DNA from: Hydrurus foetidus
Taxonomy: Eukaryota
Assembly (NCBI GenBank): GCA_900617105.1
Contig: UYFQ01000759.1
Span: forward strand, 62,001 to 93,303
DNA length: 31,303 nucleotides
Direction: 5' to 3'
Of the stretch, positions 1 through 11,803 are shown piece after piece (position 1 is the stretch's first letter; each line of letters starts with the position of its first letter). A program made the position numbers and the translations under genes. The notes under the pieces are model-generated. The model saw nothing but the letters and a program-made list of their open reading frames with translations. It did no database searches and had not been told where the DNA came from.

Positions 1-3000
1 ATCAATCACCTCAGGAAGTTTGTTCCAGTATCCATCCCACTGCCTCCTAAAGGTGTCTATCCAAGCTAAGAAAGCTGCTTGCTTTTTATGCGATAAAAGG
101 CAAGGAGATTCCAAATCTTTTTTCCTCTCCTCTTTTCTCCCTCCTACATCCTCTTCATCGGCGCTTGAGTTTCTCACTCTTTTTTTCCCCTTTCCATCCC
201 CTCTTATTTTAATTCCCTTACTGCCTAAGGACAATCCCAAATCGTCACTACTGCTGTCTGTGTTAGGCTCGACCATAACTGCTTTTCTTCTTTTAGTGAC
301 TGAAGATGGTAGACCGATTCCTCGTATTCTCGTGCTGCTTTCTTTTTTCCAGGGAGATAAATCATCAGCATCAACATCGATCGCTTCGATATCACTTTCT
401 TCATCTACACTCTTACCATCGCTGTATATATCCATTTCAAAACTACTATTAGACAGTCTCTTTTTCTTTCCTCTATCTTTTTCTTTTTCCTTTTCTTTCT
501 TTTTTTCTTTTTCCTTCACTTTCAATAATACAGCTCGTGATCCTGCTACGACATCCTTTCCTGTGCCTGTCTGCATGAGCGACTTTATTTTCTTTTTTCC
601 ATCCGTACTTGTTGAATCGTACGTTACGCCTTTTATCCCGTAGACTGATGCAGCAGACGTGTGTTCTGAGTTATTATTTTCTTTAAAAGGAACTTTAAAA
701 CCATTTTGCACAGAAGATTTATAAGTATTAGAATTAGAATTTAATTTATTCACTTTTTCGTCTGTTGAGTTTTGGGACTTATAACTGTCAATATCGGGGG
801 GTGTTTTTGTATCAAATCCGGACAAAATTTTCGGAACTTTTCCTTTCTCTTTTGTTCCATTATTTTTCTTTAATTTTGATTTTTTTCCAAATTCAGTGCT
901 TAACCATTCTTCTTCTTCCTCCTCTCCATTATCGACTGCACTTGTGTTCTTATTGTTTTTATCTTTTCCGATTTGACTTAAGTACAGCATTTCTACCGAT
1001 TCTATTTCTTTATTTTTCTTTTTAGATGCGGGCACGTTATTATCCAAAATATCATCACCCCATCCTTTTTGCCTAACACTCATCAAAAGTTTCTCTTTTC
1101 CCCTTTCGATAGAATTGACACGATCTGGTTCACCAGACTCTAAATAATCAGCGTTGAAGCCACTCGCATTTTCGATGGATACTTCGGTTATGAATCCTTC
1201 TAGCACCATGTGTTGCAATAATCTCTCACTCATATCGCGATTTAATGAGGAGGTAGGAGGAGAGGGCAGTGGGGTGATACTCGTGTTGCCACCATTATAG
1301 TAACTCTTGCCTTTCGATGCTGTGTAGTTAGCAACACAAGCTGCCCTGACAGTGCCAACAACCGACTCGTATTTAACTGTCTCTTTATCTCTACTGCCCG
1401 ATAGTATCTTACTCATTTTAGACAATGTCAGCCCTCCAGCTCGTCCATTTGATGTGCCTAAAATATGCAACACAACTCTGATAGCAAATAACGCATGTGC
1501 CGTATAATCGACATTCTCCACCTCTCCTCTTGCTACCCTTTGACAATTATCACAAGTATTTCGACAATTTGTTCTGGGAAAAGACTCACCGAAATATTTC
1601 AATAAAGAAACTCTTCTACAATCTATATCGTTCAAACAAAATGCTACGCACTTGTGTAAATTATCGAAGCCCAGTTTCGCGTTGTCCTGATTGGCCTGCC
1701 AGTTACCTCTACTTCTGCTGTTCTTTTCATCCCTGCTTCTCTGTATCATTGACGCTAATTTTCCTTTGTCCTTGTAGTTGAAGTATAAAATACATTCTGC
1801 AATTCCACCATCCCTTCCCGCTCTCCCACTTTCTTGGTAAAAATTGGTCAAACTTTTGGGCACACTGTGATGTATCACATATCGCACGTCAGGTTTATTA
1901 ATACCCATACCAAATGCGATTGTCGCACATATAACTTTAATCGTTCCTTTACTCCAGTTTCTTTGTCTTTTTTCCTTTTCATCAGCAGCGACATCAGCGT
2001 GATAAAACGTTATTTGATTTTTCATAGACGGCACTTCTATTTTAAGAGCGTTTGCTACTGTTTCCGTGTCGTTCTTACTTAAACAATATATTATTCCAGT
2101 TAACCCTTGTCTGCCTCTCACAACTTGAGCAATGTTTTTAATAACTTTATCAGTTGATTCTTTTTTTCGCACAGAATAATGTAAATTAGCTCTATTGAAG
2201 CTCATAGTGTGTTTGTAGCAGTCCCTCATCCCCATTATCGAAATGCTATCCCCTACTACCGTTTGATTCGCTGTGGCAGTTAGGCACATGATTGGTACTT
2301 TGGGATATAAATTTCGTATTTGTGTGAGTGCTAGATAGTCCGGTCGAAAATCGTGGCCCCATTGCGACAGACAATGTGCCTCATCGATCACAAAACGTGA
2401 CAACATGCCATTCGAATATAACTGATTTAATGCCTTCTTTAACGCCTCAGATTTCGCAAATCTCTCCGGTGTTATATATAACATTTTTATTCTTTTTTCC
2501 ATTTCACCTGAACCATCTTCCGAATGACGATATGAAGTGTCATATCTAAAAAGGTCAGAAAAAACTTGTCTGCCTTCTTGTTCATCTTGTGTACTACTCA
2601 TAAAAACTGCCCGTATACCAATAGCAGTAAGGGCATCTACTTGATCCTGTATTAGAGAAATAAGCGGACTGAACACAACAGACAACCCTGGAGTGCACCA
2701 AGCTGGTAACTGATAAACGACACTTTTCCCCCCACCAGTGGGCATCAAACAGAACACATCTCTCCCTGTCAGTGCTGCTTCAACGCACTCTTTTTGCCCC
2801 TCTCTGAAACCGTTGTGACCGAATACATTTTTCATCTCTGTGTGGTGGTCTTTTACGTCTTCAGTACGTATGTATGGTTGACTGTTATTTGTTGTAAGCG
2901 CACTACCCATACTATATCCTCCCGTACTACTATTACTGCTATTATAATTATTGTTGTTATTGTATGAACTATTTTTATTTATTCCAATATTTTCATTGTT

Positions 3001-3884
3001 CCACCCATTATCATCTCTATAACTACTACCATTACTATAATTATTATTATTGTTATTATTAATATTTATATTATTATTAATATTGTTGTACTTGTTTTCA
3101 TTGTTACTGTATCCGTTATTATAATCATTATTATCATTATTATTGTAATCACTATTACTATTATTTTTATAATCTGTACTTGACTGCACCCCACCACCAT
3201 TACCATTACCACCACTACCACCATAATTGCTGTTATAATTATTATTATAATATCTGCTGTTATTTTCATAGACGCTATTCGCCCTTGCGGCTACAGCATC
3301 TGACGTATCTTCCCACGAATTCGTCAAGCCAACTTGAAGTTGAACTTGATGTTGAAGTTGGCCCTCTTTATTATCATTTCCAAACCCTGCTGTACTTTGA
3401 TATTTCCCTTGTCCTTGCCTGTCTCCTTGCCTCTCTCCCTGCCCTTGTAAGTGACCGTTTACCTGATACGAACTACACTGATGGTCAACGTTTATTCTTG
3501 CACCATTACCTCCACCTCCACTACCAATACTGTTATTGTTTCCAGCACTGCCAAACGTCTCGTTGGCCGTAGAGTTTCCGGTACAATTGAGAGCTTTTAA
3601 GGCTTCTACTTTCTTTCTTTTTGCTGAAAAAAAAAGTAGTGAAGAAGGCGAGGAGTGAGAAGGAGAAAGAGAAGAAAAAAAATTTGTAGGACTGCCTCGA
3701 GATAATGCGGATCGCAAATGCTCAAATAATGTTCATAGCATGGGTTTGAGTATTAGACAGTGGTTTAGAGGCATCACCTTCCATCTCGCTCATCACATTC
3801 ATTATACACACATATACGCCAACACAGAATAAAATAGAGTAATAGATATCTTACCTTCCACTTCACTCATCACAGTCATCTTGT

Positions 3885-3917
<33 letters not shown>

Positions 3918-5137
3918 CATACATACATTAACAAAATTGGCCTACAGAAATTAAGACAGTGGTTTAGAGGTGTTACCTTCCATCTCGTTCATGACATTCA
4001 TCAACTCCTCCTCTGCGGCTGCAAGGGCCAGTTGCTGTGCAGTCAAAGGCACAGGCACTGATGCAGATAGCGGAACACTCACAGTTCCTGTGTTTACAAT
4101 ATTAGATGATTTCCTGCGCGCATCTGATACCAAGGCTAGACATAGAAAAGAAATAAATGAAAAGAAAAGAAATGAAGTGAAGTAAAGCAAAATGAAGCAA
4201 AATAAGGTAGATGATTTGTCAGAATGTACATTATCGGACACACTTATATACTGCATATTAGACTATGTATCAGGATGAGAATTATTGAATACACTAACTA
4301 CTTCAGTGCCAGAGATATTACACAGTTGGGATACGCATTTGGGAACTGACCATCTATATCCAGATCAGCTAGCTGTGAATCTGATATATCCATCGGATAA
4401 TAGGAATAGTCATTTACTGCTGTGCTGCTGCTGCTGATATTGCCATTGTAATCGTTTTTAGACTGGTGGTTATTGTTATTGTAGTTAGCATTTTCACGTC
4501 TTTCATTGTGATAGTAATTTTGATTCCAGACGTTGCTACTGTTGTGATTGCTCCCTCCTTGCCCTGAACTACTGCTGCTGCCGCTGCTGGTGTTTCTGTC
4601 GATATTGTCGGTGTACGCTAAGCCTGCTGTGCTGTTGACAGAATTGGAGTGTCCTGCTTGTTGATAGCTTTTCGATGTTCCGTGTGATCCTAAGAAAGAT
4701 CCAACACTAGGACGCTTGATATTATAGCTGCTTGGAACATTATTCTCGAGTCCATCACTTTGATCCTCTCCGTTCCACTCAACAGATGGCAAAGCTGGGC
4801 GACCCGATGAAGACCATCCCACAGAAGATGATTGGAAGTCCTTCTGAACAGTTGGACCAATGCCAGAGAAAGAGTTCTTAGCTCTGAAAGACTGCAGTTC
4901 AAAATCCCCAACCTCACTGAGCGATGCAAGCGTGCTGTTATTACTCGCCCTTCTGATATGATTGTCGAAGTTGAAGACAGTGGGAACGACAAAATCCTCA
5001 GATGCTTTGGGTGCGTAATTGAAGCCACTGTAAGACGCGGTAATCAAGTTCTGCGATAGCCATTTCAGTTGCTCCTTCAGATTACTGTCGAGTGCAACAG
5101 TCCGAGGAATTGCCTGAGGTTGACTTGTCATCGACAT
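1..5137 (-). CDS. RecQ-family (BLM/Sgs1-like) DNA helicase, 3'-partial; exons 5137-4351, 4123-3977, 3623-<1
   Basis: Manual translation gives helicase motifs MPTGGGKS, FVIDEAHCLSQWGHDFRPDY, LTATA, GIIYC, VICATIAFGMGINKPDVRYVIH and YQESGRAGRDG, followed by the RQC Zn cluster CRR...C...CDNC. Both introns are phase-1 GT-AG and keep the frame (1519 codons in window). The last exon is missing from the ORF track, consistent with no stop before the window edge. Confidence 0.95.
3754..4001 (-). repeat. Three copies of the RecQ exon-2 end plus 5' splice site
   Basis: 3954-4001 and 3754-3802 match at 43/48 nt; a shorter third copy lies at 3851-3879. All read ATG..ATG..GAA G|GT on the minus strand. Confidence 0.85.
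3884..3928. repeat. (TACA)n microsatellite in RecQ intron 2
   Basis: Direct reading. Confidence 0.9.
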
Positions 5138-5489
5138 GAAGTGATCTTACTGATCGGAATTGATAGGATACCGGGAGTCACAGCCTTTCCGAAGCTTTTC
5201 GGGCTAATAAGCTGCATTTTCTTCTGGTAAACGTTATTTCTGCCGCAACTCTACAATTTGCGTCAACCATTCCACTTTAGATGAAGGTGACGAGCCAGGG
5301 GCACCTATCATAACTCCCTCGCAAGAAGTTGCAGGACACACAATAATTCATTACTCGCTAAGTGCAGAATCAAAATTCAAAAGTCGAGACAAATTCAATT
5401 ATTTTGAATTCTGGTCAGAAATACTTTTTTTAGATCCAGAATCGTCTTTATTCTTTATGAACCCTGTGAGGGATAAAAAGGGTCTTCAT

Positions 5490-5788
5490 GAATTAGAGGA
5501 TACCAGGAGCTTGCAGAGGGTAGTATAGGTTCTCTGGATCGGAATGACAAGCAACCGGGCGGCACCAGATAGTCTTCCATTAATCCACATTACTCATCTT
5601 GAGAGACGCAAGTCTCGTTGCATAGCTACTTTAGATACGTGCATCACATCTTTGAAACCTGCGATGACGACCTCATTGCAGCGTTTGATGCACTGCACCT
5701 GCTTGCTAATCTTTGCAGCAGTGTAGCATTTTTATTTACCCCGTAGCCAACCATTCCTACTATAGATTTTTGTGTAAGTGTGTTTTGT
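5490..5788 (+). repeat. Repeat A1 (299 bp)
   Basis: Appears identical to 9912-10210; the same 60-aa ORF is reported at 5544 and 9966. Confidence 0.97.
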
Positions 5789-6269
5789 GATTTTTTCCCA
5801 CCTTCCATCCGCCTGGCGGGGAAATTGTCAATCGAAGTGATCTGCTAGGAAAATTAACGACTTGCATTGTGTAAGTAACGAGAGATTTCGTGGGGGTCGA
5901 TCCCTCGACCATTGTAGTCATCTTCTCTAATGGGCTAGTGCTCTACCACTTGGCTAGACGCATTGATGTACGTCTCGAAATAAATGGTGTTGTCTGATCA
6001 CAATTTAGAGTGTACTGAACACGGGGGTGCAAAGAAAGGAAAAAGTAAAGGGAAGAACGGAACTAACCTCCAAATCCGACACCGTGTAAATTGAGAATCT
6101 AACTGATTGAATTGAGAAAACAAATGTTGTCATAAAATGAAAAAGAATATGTAAATAGTTATGATGATAAGAAATGACAGCAATTAGAAGGAAAGTCAAG
6201 CAAAATGCATGGAGTTTATAAATGAATTGATAAGCATATAAATGCAGAGAATAATTCGGAGTGGTTTAG

Positions 6270-6785
6270 GAATCACTTCTCCTCTATTACTACTCAACGC
6301 GTAATGAAATAGTTCTTTGAGAGGAAGAGTGGATTGTATTACGGAATACCATATGATTTTTTGTATTCATACGGAATATATGTTATTATTCCGTATTTAT
6401 TGACCTTAACTTTCGTAGAATTTCCCCGACACGTAGAAAATCGTGACTACTTGCCTAATCTGACCCAGATGGTCAAAATCACTCCTAAGTGAATAAAAAA
6501 AGAAAAATTAAAATAATCATAGAATGAAAAATAAAACGAAATAAATAAACGAGAGCAATTAAAAGGAAATCAACCAAGATATAGGAAGGTGATCAATGAA
6601 TAATAAATAACGAAATACAGAAAGTTAATTCAAATGCTTCAGAAATTGATCCTCTCCTTCATCTACTCTGAGGGAACGAAATAATCCTTCGAGAAAAGGA
6701 AAGGAGAAGCGGATTGATTAGGAATACGGAATATTTTATGTTTTTCCGTACTCGATACGAAAGATAGGTCAGTATTCCGTCTTTC
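6270..6785. repeat. Two diverged ~130-bp modules carrying ACGGAATA / TTCCGT motifs
   Basis: About 6270-6400 and 6650-6785 share CTACTC..GAAATA..CTTYGAGA..GGATTG..ACGGAATA..TTCCGT. Boundaries approximate. Confidence 0.5.
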
Positions 6786-7779
6786 TCAGACCTTTTGATT
6801 TTTGAGCCGGCTTACAGCTCAGTGGTGAAGAGATATTAGGGGTGTCATCACCACCGAAGAAGATTTGTCATCACATCATTCGTAGAATGCGGTGTGACGA
6901 CGGGTATACTAGTTCCTCAAGCAGAGATAAACTTCTGTCTATGACGAAAGTTCCTCGGAAAATGAATTAAGGAGTATGTAAAAGTGAATTAAAACCAAAA
7001 ATAGAATTTAATGTAAAAGGAATGCAACCTTTTACGATGGAGATAAAACTCCATTGAATTCTTTGATGGACAAGATTTATTTAAACAACGGCGCTAATCA
7101 GACGAAGCGATGATATCAAACAGTAAACATTTACTATATCACAATTGAGAATACGAATTGAAGTCGGAAAACGTTTGTGAAACTATAAAAAATAAAAAAT
7201 GAATGGAAATAAGCAGGGAAAAACAAAAGAAAGAAAAGAGACGTAAATAAAAGAAGGGGTGTATGTATAAGAAAGACGTTCACATGTTAAACAGCGGACT
7301 TCATACAACAAGAGAAATGAGTGAAGAGAAGAGATCTAAATAATGAATGTATGAGAGAGACAGCGGCGGGGCGTCATGGAGTATGAGTCACATGTCTCAC
7401 ACCGTTCTCGACGGCTGGCCACTCGTGGGGCGGGTATCTAGTATACGTCGTCAAAAAGGCAAGCCCGCTATGATTGTTACTGTGGCCGTCCGACGTACGG
7501 TCCCGCCTGAGAATCTGCCGCGTGTCTCTGAAGGAATGCGTGTGTCGCGGCTCGTGCAGTGGTCGTCTGCCTCTCCAGGTGAGGGTGTATTGTGATAGAT
7601 AAAGTGCAGGCGATCATTAATGTGATAAGCTGATCCGAACTTTCGGCACCATGGTGTTGGTGGTGTGCGTTTGCGTTGATGCTTTGTGGATTCTAGAACA
7701 CGATTAACTGATGTCGAATCCACACCCTGCGTAAGCAAAGAATGATGAGTATCATTTGAATGCGTACAACATAGCATTG

Positions 7780-8126
7780 ATGGGTGTGACTGTCTGCGCA
7801 TGTGTGACAGTGGCGTCTAGTGTATACTGTAGCCACTGTGCCTTGGGGGCGCAGCGTGGGCTGAGTATACACTATCTGAGGCAATGGAGCCGAAGATAGC
7901 AGACTGTCTTGGTGGGACAGTCTTCACATGCGCAAGAAACAGCCCCGTAGTGTTTTTAAATGTATTATTTATGGGTGTGACTGTCTGTACATGTGTGATG
8001 AAACAGCCGGATGGTGTGGTATGTACTGTCTGTAGCCGTGTGGCTACAGAAACAGCGTTGGCCCAGTACATGCTGCGACGGCTGGTTTCACTTGTACAAG
8101 AAACAGCCCTGTAATGTATTAATGCA
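7780..8126. repeat. Diverged tandem duplication, period about 190 bp
   Basis: ATGGGTGTGACTGTCTG..CATGTGTGA occurs at 7780 and 7971; TTCAC.TG..CAAGAAACAGCCC occurs near 7923 and 8087. Confidence 0.75.
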
Positions 8127-8905
8127 GTCTATACACCTGTAACAAGCTTGATATGACAAGCCTCTGATGGTACTTGTGTTATAGCACCTTGCACTGTCTA
8201 CGGCACCTGTGTGTAACCGTAGAAAAGGCCCGACTGTCAATGTGAGTGACAGTCCTGCCGTCAAATTGACGGTAGAAAGCTCAGTGCATTGTATATGTGT
8301 GGGCTATAGCCGCGTGGTATACTGTATGTGTCAGGATACCTCGCGGCTATAGCACTGGTAAGGGTGCAAGCACACGAGTGCAAGGCCCTTACCATAATCA
8401 TATAGGAGAGCGGATACTCACCATACCCGCACCAACATCACTTTTCAGAAATAAAGCGCGGTGGTCAGCGGCGCATGGGCACGTTGAACAAGCACGAGGC
8501 GTGATAGAGGGCGCTGAGGTGTGGGGGGGGTGTCAGCGCATTTCAAGAAATGAAAAATAAAGTTGTAGAGAATGCGGGTTGGTGTCGTCGATCAGACGTA
8601 CAGCAACCTCAGGGTTACATTGACGGCACACAGGCCTTCGAACTTTAAAAATAAAAATAAAATAAAATAGAGATATTAGAAGGAATAAGGGGAGAAATGG
8701 TAGACCCAATAAGTGGCACCGATTTCATGCCAAGGATGGCATGTCTGGCGAGCATGTTCTGGTGTGAGTGAACCGTCCAAATCGGAGAGGAGAAGAAGAA
8801 ACGAAATGGAAGGACGGATGTATGCTCGAGGACAAACGCAGTCGGGACTGCGTGTGCATCCGACAGCGTGATGGGAACGGCAGCATACAATGTCGGTGTG
8901 CAGTG

Positions 8906-8965
8906 CAGTGCGGTGCAATACAGTGTGGTGCAGCATAGTGTGGTGCAGCACAGTGTGGTGCAGCT
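8906..8965. repeat. Four copies of a 15-bp minisatellite (CAGTGTGGTGCAGCA consensus)
   Basis: Direct reading; it accounts for the CTTLC repeats in the 8645-9070 ORF. Confidence 0.9.
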
Positions 8966-9199
8966 TAAGTTATCAACAGAGGCATGAGGATTTCGACAAT
9001 ACGAGTCGTCGGCCTCATCGGTGACTGGTAATGGCGAAGGGCCATGGTAATCGTAAAGAGCGATACCCACTTCAGGCTGGAGATGGGATACTAGGTGTGC
9101 ACGTTCTTAGCTCGAATCGGAAGAGATGAAGAAGATCGGGGAGAAGGAACACTCTTTCAGGACAGACGCTCCCACTTTTGCAGTCGAGACTAAGTCCGG

Positions 9200-9590
9200 C
9201 GTGGTGGGGAGTTCTTGCCCCTAGTGAATGTGGGGCAGGGGTTCAGCCAAGTAGCAGAATGACGGGTCATGGGCGCGAGCACGAAGGTAGCAATTCGGTA
9301 GCGGTCAGCGACAATCTGAATGATTTGATCGAGTTCATTGTGCACGCGGGAGCAGAGGGCGACGAGGGGTCCATAAACGAGACGGGATTAGCACAGTGCC
9401 TACGGCCAAATCGGTTGCGGTTGAGCTAATGGACATCCGTCGCAGGAACGATCCGTCGCAGGAACGATCTTCCACCCGGCTCTTTCTCATGAAAGGGGGT
9501 ATAACTCGAGTGCGCGCACAGGGTGTCGCTGATGACCACCGCAGGGACAGGTGGGAGTACGCGGCGGGGTCTCGCAGCTTCGTGATAGCA
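9200..9590 (+). pseudogene. Decayed C-terminal part of a tyrosine recombinase
   Basis: Fragments across frames read VAE*RVMGASTK, then LNDLIEFIVHAGAEGDE, then AKSVAVELMDIRRRNDLPPGSFS (after removing the 16-bp tandem duplication at 9435-9466), then KGGITRVRAQGVADDHRRDRWEYAAGS. This fits the YR pattern K...LPP..FS.[HSLR]KGGIT with the HxxR box missing. Recognised by pattern only. Position just before B1 is where such elements carry YR. Confidence 0.6.
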
Positions 9591-9662
9591 AGAAGACTTA
9601 TGTGCAGCGGAGACCACCGCCGATGGATACGAATCAACCAGCAGCACCCTAGGTAGTGGTGG

Positions 9663-9914
9663 GTGTAGGGCTTTGCTGGGTCCAGGATCCCTCCTATGCC
9701 AGCGCAGCCGACTGAGTCAGTCGCTACGCGGATAGGGTGGGCGGGCACTAGCAGGCGCGCGAGTGACGCCACCTGTAGGACAATCCACTTAAGTAAATAA
9801 CAGTCCGTTACCATAAGTACCTGACCGGTTAGAGGGTTGTTGAATGGCCAATCCCTTAACCGGGGTTTACGGTATCTTAAGACCGGGCAGCGGCCGGCAT
9901 ACAGAGGAATAGAA
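9663..9914 (+). repeat. Repeat B1 (252 bp)
   Basis: Appears identical to 10233-10484. Confidence 0.97.
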
Positions 9915-10210
9915 TTAGAGGATACCAGGAGCTTGCAGAGGGTAGTATAGGTTCTCTGGATCGGAATGACAAGCAACCGGGCGGCACCAGATAGTCTTCC
10001 ATTAATCCACATTACTCATCTTGAGAGACGCAAGTCTCGTTGCATAGCTACTTTAGATACGTGCATCACATCTTTGAAACCTGCGATGACGACCTCATTG
10101 CAGCGTTTGATGCACTGCACCTGCTTGCTAATCTTTGCAGCAGTGTAGCATTTTTATTTACCCCGTAGCCAACCATTCCTACTATAGATTTTTGTGTAAG
10201 TGTGTTTTGT
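9912..10210 (+). repeat. Repeat A2 (299 bp)
   Basis: Appears identical to 5490-5788; overlaps B1 by GAA. Confidence 0.97.
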
Positions 10211-10232
10211 CTGACCGCTCGTGCGCCAGCCA

Positions 10233-10484
10233 GTGTAGGGCTTTGCTGGGTCCAGGATCCCTCCTATGCCAGCGCAGCCGACTGAGTCAGTCGCTACGCG
10301 GATAGGGTGGGCGGGCACTAGCAGGCGCGCGAGTGACGCCACCTGTAGGACAATCCACTTAAGTAAATAACAGTCCGTTACCATAAGTACCTGACCGGTT
10401 AGAGGGTTGTTGAATGGCCAATCCCTTAACCGGGGTTTACGGTATCTTAAGACCGGGCAGCGGCCGGCATACAGAGGAATAGAA
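10233..10484 (+). repeat. Repeat B2 (252 bp)
   Basis: Appears identical to 9663-9914. Confidence 0.97.
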
Positions 10485-10836
10485 CCCTGAGGGATAAAAA
10501 ATAAAAAGCAAATTTTGATTTTTGGTGCCGAAGACCGAAACAACCACACACACAGAAGTCGTCGTGTTCGAATTGCGGGGAATCTGGAATTTGGGGAATC
10601 GGGTTTGAACTCCAGGATGTGCGATGGCTTGTGTGCTCGCGGTGAGTTTTTGAAAATGACTGTTGAGCTGTTGCGTGGCTCTACGAAGGCTCTAATTAAA
10701 GCGACTGAAGTCAACAAATCAGACGCACCACCAAGTCAGATCACTTGGTTTATCACTGAGTCAGAGTAGTTTCGTTGCGCGCAAAGTTCAGCGATTTTTC
10801 GTTGGTTTGAGGTTTTTTGCAATATTTATCTGAGAA

Positions 10837-11751
10837 ATGAGTGAGGCTCCTCCAAGTAGGAATGGATCAAGAGGCAATCTTGAAGTCGACGCAAGAAAGA
10901 AAAGCTTTTTGTGCGATCAGGACAACGACAAGTGCCCTGTATGCAACAAAAGCGTCTTCAAAGTAGAAAGTAAAATATGTGCTGGATTAAAATGGCATCA
11001 GAGTTGTTTCGGTAAGAATTTGAATTCCCAGAAATTGAATTCTATGTAGCCTAAGAAATGAAGACGGAACGCGCCTGATTGGGTATTAGCTGGTACCATA
11101 TCATAAGCGACGTTGCCTCGTGCAGCATGGAGATTCTGGAGGAGGGGTTAATATTCTTCTTCAAATCTTCAACCGATGTCTCCTTGTGAAGACTCTGACG
11201 ATGAATAGGGTATCCGTAGCAAAGGATCTTTTCGATCGCGGGGATAATTACCATGTGTACTTCGGTTCTCATCGCCACAGTCGTTTCATTGTAAAACTGA
11301 CATATTCTCATCCTAGAAGATTCCGTGTTCTTGATACGAAACCTTCCGCAATCCGATAAATCTCATCCGTGACATTCTGCATCGTATCAAACAGTGTGCG
11401 GGGGTGTCGGAACCGGAGGATGTAAGAAGAAGCTGGCTTTAGATTATAGTGTGCACCTGAGCAATCCGTACTGCCGAATGTGTTACCATAAAGCTGCCCT
11501 AGGCCCTGGAGGTGACGTCACTAACAATTACAGAACTTGTAATTACATCACTGAAAATTACATCAGAAAAAAACTTACTTCAGCAACGTTTGCGTAACTA
11601 ACAACGATTTGTTCAGTCACAGCTTACGTGAATTGTACAGTCTTCACATTGTTTATGTGTCTGACTTAAGAGTCTCTCAGCAAACGCCGGACACTCAACC
11701 ATTTTTCTTTCATTCTTTCTCTTTCTTTCCTTCTTCCTCTCTAACCATATT

Positions 11752-11803
<52 letters not shown>

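Larger units (their letters stand above)
5490..10484 (+). mobile_element. Non-autonomous split-direct-repeat (Ngaro/PAT-like) tyrosine-recombinase retroelement
   Basis: Order is A1 (5490-5788), internal region, B1 (9663-9914), A2 (9912-10210), 22-bp spacer, B2 (10233-10484). GAA is shared by the left end, the B1/A2 junction and the right end. A YR relic lies just upstream of B1. No gag, RT or RNase H ORF was recognised. Confidence 0.8.

Noticed and set aside
20..3572. Plus-strand ORFs such as 20-643 and 3180-3572
   Set aside because: Antisense shadows of the RecQ coding exon with low-complexity translations.
9529..9560. Hammerhead-like CTGATGA followed by a CCACC/GGTGG stem, which would suggest a Penelope-like element
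   Set aside because: The stem is followed by GAGT rather than GAAA, and the sequence lies within the YR relic.
10526..10537. TGCCGAAGACCG also found near 20708, just inside the 818-bp insert
   Set aside because: A 12-mer match is expected by chance in 31 kb and it does not extend.
9335..10717. 225-aa and 187-aa minus-strand ORFs sharing a long identical block
   Set aside because: The identity comes from reading through repeats B1 and B2; no protein motif is present.
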